From: Myxococcota bacterium
Lineage (GTDB): Bacteria > Myxococcota_C > UBA6777
Length of the DNA stretch: 64,000 nt
NCBI GenBank assembly: GCA_023150835.1
Contig: JAKLKB010000018.1
Location: 1-64,000, forward strand
Direction: 5' to 3'
This document shows, one piece after another, positions 59,033-64,000 of this stretch. Below the pieces are notes generated by a model, which was not told where the DNA came from, searched no databases, and was given only the letters and a program-made list of their open reading frames with translations. A program made the translations under genes and the position numbers. Position 1 is the first letter of the stretch; the number at the start of each line of letters is the position of its first letter.

Positions 59033-59518
59033 TCAATCTCCTTGCTTTCCCAACGAACGCAACTTTTCGTCTTGCAAGCATTTCGTCAACAAACGATCCA
59101 AAGCATTCGCAAAGCTCCGTTTATCGGCCTCTCCAAACGGCCTTGGCCCTCCCGTCTGCACACCTGAATCACGAAGATCCTGCATAAAGTCCCGAACCGA
59201 CAAGCGTTCGCGCACATTCTCTTCCGTATACAACTCCCCATGATTGCTCATCGCAACACCCCCCGCTTCGATCACCAACGCCGCCAACGGGATATCGGAT
59301 GTCACCACCAGATCCCCCAACCCCACGCGCTGCGCAATGTAATGATCCGCAACATCAAAGCCCTTTTCCACCACCACTTGCGACAAATACGGCGATTGTA
59401 ACAGGTACATCCCACGATTCGCCACAAAACAAGCACGGACTCTTCGCTTTTCCGCAACACGAAACAAGATATCTTTGATCGCCTTCGGCGTTGCATCGGC
59501 ATCCACCCAGATCTGCAA
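59033..59518 (-). CDS. YaiI/YqxD (DUF188) family protein
   Basis: IWVDADA, GFDVAD, TSDIPLA, GGP..FANALD; TTG start after GGAGG. Confidence 0.93.
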   Translation of the reverse strand: MQIWVDADATPKAIKDILFRVAEKRRVRACFVANRGMYLLQSPYLSQVVVEKGFDVADHYIAQRVGLGDLVVTSDIPLAALVIEAGGVAMSNHGELYTEENVRERLSVRDFMQDLRDSGVQTGGPRPFGEADKRSFANALDRLLTKCLQDEKLRSLGKQGD

Positions 59519-59552
59519 ACGAAACCTCCTCTCAATCAATTAGGTTTGTTTT

Positions 59553-59680
59553 TGTGGGGCTTTGCCCCACACCCCACTGCCTTAGCGCGGCTCCCTTGAC
59601 CCCGTATCGGCGGAGTGATCAGTGGTTTTTCAAACAAACATCCCTGCCGCTTCAAATAACGCGAACACGGGGTTTTTGCA
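59553..59680 (-). mobile_element. Family-A repeat
   Basis: Reverse complement of the family-A core. Confidence 0.78.
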
Positions 59681-59704
59681 AACAGCATCACTCCGATAAG
59701 AAAA

Positions 59705-61387
59705 TTATTCGTCAAGATCTACGTCTTTTTCTTCTTTCTTCTCTGGTTTTTTCTCTTCTCTTTTTTTCTCTTTTGCGGTTTCTTTGCAAAGACAGCGTCC
59801 CTGCTCACCTTTTGGACCCATCGGTCCCTTGTCACCTTTCAACCCTTTCGGACCCATCGGTCCCTTGTCACCTTTCGGACCCATCGGTCCCTTGTCACCT
59901 TTCGGACCCATCGGTCCCTTATCACCTTTCGGACCCATCGGCCCCTTATCACCTTTCGGACCCTGTTCGCCTCTCAGTCCTTTCGGTCCCATCGGTCCTT
60001 GCGCGCCTTGTTCACCCTGTTGGCCTCGCTGACCGACCGGACCTTGCTCACCTTGTTCTCCTTTTGTCCCCATCGGACCTTGCCGCCCCATTCGGCCCTG
60101 CTCACCTTTCGGACCTTGCTCACCTTTTGGCCCCTGTTCACCTCTCGGGCCTTGCTCACCTTTCGGTCCCATCGGACCTTGCGGGCCTTGCAGCCCAACG
60201 GAGCCTTGCTCACCTTTTGGTCCAACAGAGCCGTTCTCGCCTTTTGGACCTCGCGTTCCCATCGGTCCGACCGCTCCCGTAGCGCCTCGCTCGCCTTTCG
60301 GACCTTGTGGTCCTTGCAACCCCATCGGCCCTCGCGTTCCTGCCGCTCCAGAAACACCCTGCTCGCCTTTCGGGCCTTGCGGCCCAACGGGGCCTTGCTC
60401 GCCTTTTGGACCTTGCGCTCCTTGCGGTCCCATCGGTCCTTTCTCACCTTTCGGGCCTTGCTCGCCTTTCGGCCCCTGCGGTCCTTGCGGACCTTGCGGC
60501 CCAACGGGGCCTTGCTCACCTTTCGGTCCTTGTGGGCCGATCTTTCCAGCGATACCCTGCTCGCCTTTTGGCCCCTGTGGGCCGATCTTTCCAGCGATAC
60601 CCTGCTCACCTTTTGGACCTTGCGGGCCGATCTTTCCAGCGATACCCTGCTCACCTTTTGGACCTTGCGGCCCCTGCGGACCTTGTAATCCTTGTGGACC
60701 CTGCGGTCCTTGCGGACCTTGCAGACCTTGCGAACCTCTTGGCAGAAGAACGTGTTGTATTTGCGAGCCGCAGCGAAAACGAATGACTGTACCGCGTGCC
60801 TCTTGTGAAACGCCGTCGATTTGACAGGGCGTGCCTTCGTTTCCTTTTTCTCCTTGCAAGACCATGACTTGCGCCAACGTTTTTTGCTGGCTGCCAAAGA
60901 ATCCCACCAAAACAAACAGCCCTGCACGCAATGTTTGCGGCAGATGGATCTCGCGTTTCATCGAAGTTCCTCCTTGAAGAATTTGAAAACCTTGCTCGCG
61001 TCCGTAATGTTGTTTGGGTTCACGCTCCGAGACAAGAGAAACACCCGTCAGCACGTCAAGATGTTCGCCATGTATCGTCCACCGCGAACGAAACCGCCGC
61101 GAAGCCATCTTTGCAAAAGACGGCTTTGCTTGCTCAGAAGAAAAAACGATGGGGGACAACGTACCCTCACCTTCGATAGAGAGGACTTTTGCGTTGTGAA
61201 AATGACGAATCATTTCTGATGCGCAATGTCCTTTTTGACATACCAAGCCTGACAGACAATCTGTATCACGCTTGCAAGGTCGCCCAAGCCCACCGTCTTG
61301 GCAACCCGTCACAAACAGCGACAGAAAAAACCACAGCCACACGCTGCGCTGTAATCCAATCCAAACACCTCGAACCCTCGCTCTCAT
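59705..61387 (-). CDS. Collagen-like lipoprotein
   Basis: Lipobox VTGC; small Cys domain; more than 100 uninterrupted G-X-Y triplets. Confidence 0.92.
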   Translation of the reverse strand: MRARVRGVWIGLQRSVWLWFFLSLFVTGCQDGGLGRPCKRDTDCLSGLVCQKGHCASEMIRHFHNAKVLSIEGEGTLSPIVFSSEQAKPSFAKMASRRFRSRWTIHGEHLDVLTGVSLVSEREPKQHYGREQGFQILQGGTSMKREIHLPQTLRAGLFVLVGFFGSQQKTLAQVMVLQGEKGNEGTPCQIDGVSQEARGTVIRFRCGSQIQHVLLPRGSQGLQGPQGPQGPQGLQGPQGPQGPKGEQGIAGKIGPQGPKGEQGIAGKIGPQGPKGEQGIAGKIGPQGPKGEQGPVGPQGPQGPQGPKGEQGPKGEKGPMGPQGAQGPKGEQGPVGPQGPKGEQGVSGAAGTRGPMGLQGPQGPKGERGATGAVGPMGTRGPKGENGSVGPKGEQGSVGLQGPQGPMGPKGEQGPRGEQGPKGEQGPKGEQGRMGRQGPMGTKGEQGEQGPVGQRGQQGEQGAQGPMGPKGLRGEQGPKGDKGPMGPKGDKGPMGPKGDKGPMGPKGDKGPMGPKGLKGDKGPMGPKGEQGRCLCKETAKEKKREEKKPEKKEEKDVDLDE

Positions 61388-61443
61388 CAACCCCTCCTGT
61401 ACCATGCGCTCGCCATCCGCCAAAGCAGATCAACTCTCTTGAT

Positions 61444-61612
61444 AAAACTCACGCTCCCAACAAAAAACCCCGTGTTCGGGTAGGTTCAAGCGGAGCCGTC
61501 GTTGGTTTGAAAAAACTCAGTTCGCCCCGCCAAGTCGGGGTCAAGGGGCCTTTGGTCCCTTGCGGGGCGTGGTACCTCGCCCCACAAAGACAATTCCAAC
61601 CGCGCAACCTCT
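61444..61612 (+). mobile_element. Family-A repeat
   Basis: Family-A core with degenerate ends. Confidence 0.75.
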
Positions 61613-61753
61613 ACCTTGAAACAAGGCTCTTCACTTTTACAATGCCCGAAGACACAAAGCAACTTCGCCCCGCTCTGCGCGACACTTTTCTTGCGGCCTC
61701 GTCCTGCGGGCTGGAGTTCGATCACTCTCACAAAAACAAAAAAGGAGTCCGAC

Positions 61754-63145
61754 ATGAAATCCCTTCCCTTCCGTCCACCTTCACCAGACGCATCGGCCCA
61801 AGAGATCGACCCTTCTCGCGGAAGTCTTCGCTCTGTTCGAAAATTCTCAGGACTCGCGCTTGGCTTGTTCTTCCTCTCCGTCTCCATATCGCCAACGACA
61901 GCCCAAACAACTCCCCCCACAACCACCCGACACCGTAAGCCCACTCTTCCCAAAACAGCACCACGCCCCGTCCTTCCGACATCAAGGGCCACACAACACA
62001 ACCAAGCTGCCCCACATGCCCCGCCCAGTTTCACTTTCCTCAACCCACTACGCGGCGGTTATCCTTATGTGCAAAGCGTTGCATTCTCCGATCGAGGGGA
62101 TCGCGTGATCGTGGGAGCCGCAGGAAAAGATGGCGGAGTCCGTTCTTGGTCTTGGTGGTCAGGCATTGAGCAAGAATTCGCAAGTCCGTACGGAGATATC
62201 GTACAAGTGAGCTTCCTTCAAAAAGAAAGCTTTTTTGGTGCTTGGCGCGTGTATACGCCGGGAGATGGTCTAAATGGAAATCAATTCACGATCCACAAGA
62301 TCGGCCAAAAAGATCCTATTTTAAGTGGAGAGTATGGAACTTCTTTTGCAACTTTTTCTCATTCAGCTCCACAAACCGCGCTTGTTGGCGGTTGGAGCAA
62401 GATCGCTTTCTTTGCCTCGGGAAAAACCCAAGGCTCGTTGCCGAACAAGGCTGAACGCCCCGATACCACAGCGATCACACTTTCTTCCAACGGTCGTTAT
62501 GCCGCCATCTCCCAACGCAACGCCACCAAAGACATCAAAAAATACCACGATGAGATACTCTGGATCGACACCTTCAAAAAAAAGATTCTGACAACAACGA
62601 TACGACCTTTTTCATATCCACTCGAACGCTTGGCCTTAACGAATGATGGACACCTCGCGATCGCAACACGCGGATACGCGGAGATCTGGGATCTCAAGCG
62701 CGAAAAGCGGTTGCTCGGTATCGATCAACAGGGGTTTCCTGAGCTTTTGCCGCTGTACTCTCCCGATCAAAAGACATTCCTACTGATCAGCCAAGCCAGT
62801 ATCGGCCAGTCATGGACTTACGCACGCACCCCTTCTGGTTTCAATTTCGCCAATCCTTCCAATCACAAAGACACCAAGATCTTTTTCTACGACGCAAACA
62901 CTTACAAGATTCAAAAGATCTGGACGATCCAACAATGCCTTTTTCGTACAACTTATTTCCGTTTTGGAAGTATCCGAGGCCCCGAACACAATCCTGAGCG
63001 TGTGGCCTTTTCTCCTGATGGGCGTGTCATCGCGATCGGCTGCAATGGCGGCGTGCTTTTCTTTGACAGATCGCTGAACCAACAAATCAAAGGCATTCCT
63101 TGGATGGTCCGCCGTCCTCTCCAACAACAACCCCCCAAACCTTGA
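61754..63145 (+). CDS. Secreted WD40/beta-propeller protein
   Basis: AGGAG RBS; VAFSD, EIWD, VAFSPDG repeats. Confidence 0.8.
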   Translation: MKSLPFRPPSPDASAQEIDPSRGSLRSVRKFSGLALGLFFLSVSISPTTAQTTPPTTTRHRKPTLPKTAPRPVLPTSRATQHNQAAPHAPPSFTFLNPLRGGYPYVQSVAFSDRGDRVIVGAAGKDGGVRSWSWWSGIEQEFASPYGDIVQVSFLQKESFFGAWRVYTPGDGLNGNQFTIHKIGQKDPILSGEYGTSFATFSHSAPQTALVGGWSKIAFFASGKTQGSLPNKAERPDTTAITLSSNGRYAAISQRNATKDIKKYHDEILWIDTFKKKILTTTIRPFSYPLERLALTNDGHLAIATRGYAEIWDLKREKRLLGIDQQGFPELLPLYSPDQKTFLLISQASIGQSWTYARTPSGFNFANPSNHKDTKIFFYDANTYKIQKIWTIQQCLFRTTYFRFGSIRGPEHNPERVAFSPDGRVIAIGCNGGVLFFDRSLNQQIKGIPWMVRRPLQQQPPKP

Positions 63146-63252
63146 TTGTCGAACGAATACAGCGAACCCATCGCACCCGAACGGCTCCCACCCCAAACTT
63201 TGCTCCCCAACGCCCCACAAAACAAATCGAGACGGCGTCGCTCAAACGGTAT

Positions 63253-64000
63253 TTATGGCTGTTTGCAAGCGCCCAACGACTGAACCGAAACGCCCAATCG
63301 TGCGGCTTCGCAATCGTTACTGTACGTTTTACCGTCACAACCGCACACAGGCTTGTATTCTCCACGACAACCTGTGGGCTTGGGCATACAAACCCCGGGA
63401 TGATCGGCGGCTCCGCACATCGCGGTCAAGCTGTACTGACAATACTGATCGTCAGGGCAAGAGTTATCGACGCCGGGAGGAACAAGCCCACCGCATGACT
63501 TCCCAGTACAAGGCATCTTTGAGCAAAGGGCGCTTCCACCTCGGCAGGTGCAAGTATTACAGCCGTCTCCTGCGGGGAAAGACTCACCTTCTTTGTAACG
63601 TTGGCCGTTGTATACGCAAACACCCGGCTGGCTTTTGCATTCGCCCTCGTATTGTACAGAAAGGCCCGCCATCGCGGCATCACAAGCATTGCTATAAGTC
63701 TTTCCATCGCAGCCACACACAGGCTGATGGATCAGGTTGCAGCTTTTGGGCTTATCAACACAAACACCCGTTCCATCGTCAAATCCGCAGCCTTTTTCGA
63801 TCTTGCAATACTTCCCATCGGCACAGCGAAGTCCTGCTTCCCCTCCACAAAACGATTCTGCGCAAGCTTCATCCGTACAAGCCACTTTTCCTTTGAAGCA
63901 CGAACACTTGCTTCCTTTATCACAGAACGATTCTCCGTCTTTGTAGATCTTACCGTTGAACTCGCACTGTTGAGGTGTTGCACAAGCGCCGATCTTGGCT
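63253..64000 (-). CDS. Kazal plus VWC/pacifastin-like Cys-rich protein, 5' end outside window
   Basis: PVCGCDGKTYSN.C x2; CVYNG..Y..GESF..DGCNTCTC; frame open to 64000. Confidence 0.9.
   Translation of the reverse strand, partial: AKIGACATPQQCEFNGKIYKDGESFCDKGSKCSCFKGKVACTDEACAESFCGGEAGLRCADGKYCKIEKGCGFDDGTGVCVDKPKSCNLIHQPVCGCDGKTYSNACDAAMAGLSVQYEGECKSQPGVCVYNGQRYKEGESFPAGDGCNTCTCRGGSALCSKMPCTGKSCGGLVPPGVDNSCPDDQYCQYSLTAMCGAADHPGVCMPKPTGCRGEYKPVCGCDGKTYSNDCEAARLGVSVQSLGACKQP

Noticed and set aside
1-64000. tRNA, rRNA, integrase, transposase or cas genes
   Set aside because: None recognised by eye; a tRNAscan/Infernal/HMM run is needed to exclude them fully

Overview
A 64-kb bacterial window, most likely Myxococcota. 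This is inferred from MXAN_6577/Stigma1-type Cys-repeat lipoproteins, an AgmX/PglI-type C-terminal protein, EF-hand-repeat proteins, and collagen and Kazal/VWC surface proteins. Main content: (1) a three-gene membrane-anchored operon at 9067-15457 (TM protein with a pre-toxin-TG-like motif, P-loop GTPase with TM and large C-terminal domain, GAP1-N2-like protein with TM). It is preceded by a 25-bp repeat with unique spacers and followed convergently by a DUF6036 nucleotidyltransferase/wHTH pair, and is the best candidate for an undescribed conflict or envelope system. (2) A complete actinobacterial/fungal-type type I fatty acid synthase (3409 aa) with acpS, an upstream TetR and a palindrome. 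(3) An ECF sigma/anti-sigma/AgmX-like cluster, an ars operon with a Na/Pi transporter, and housekeeping genes (gcdH, cysH fusion, recX, dapD). (4) Two interleaved and nested MITE/REP families and many short tandem duplications, including three tandem perfect TGTGA-N6-TCACA boxes. I recognised no rRNA, tRNA, cas, transposase or reverse transcriptase genes. All family assignments come from motifs read by eye; no database searches were run.
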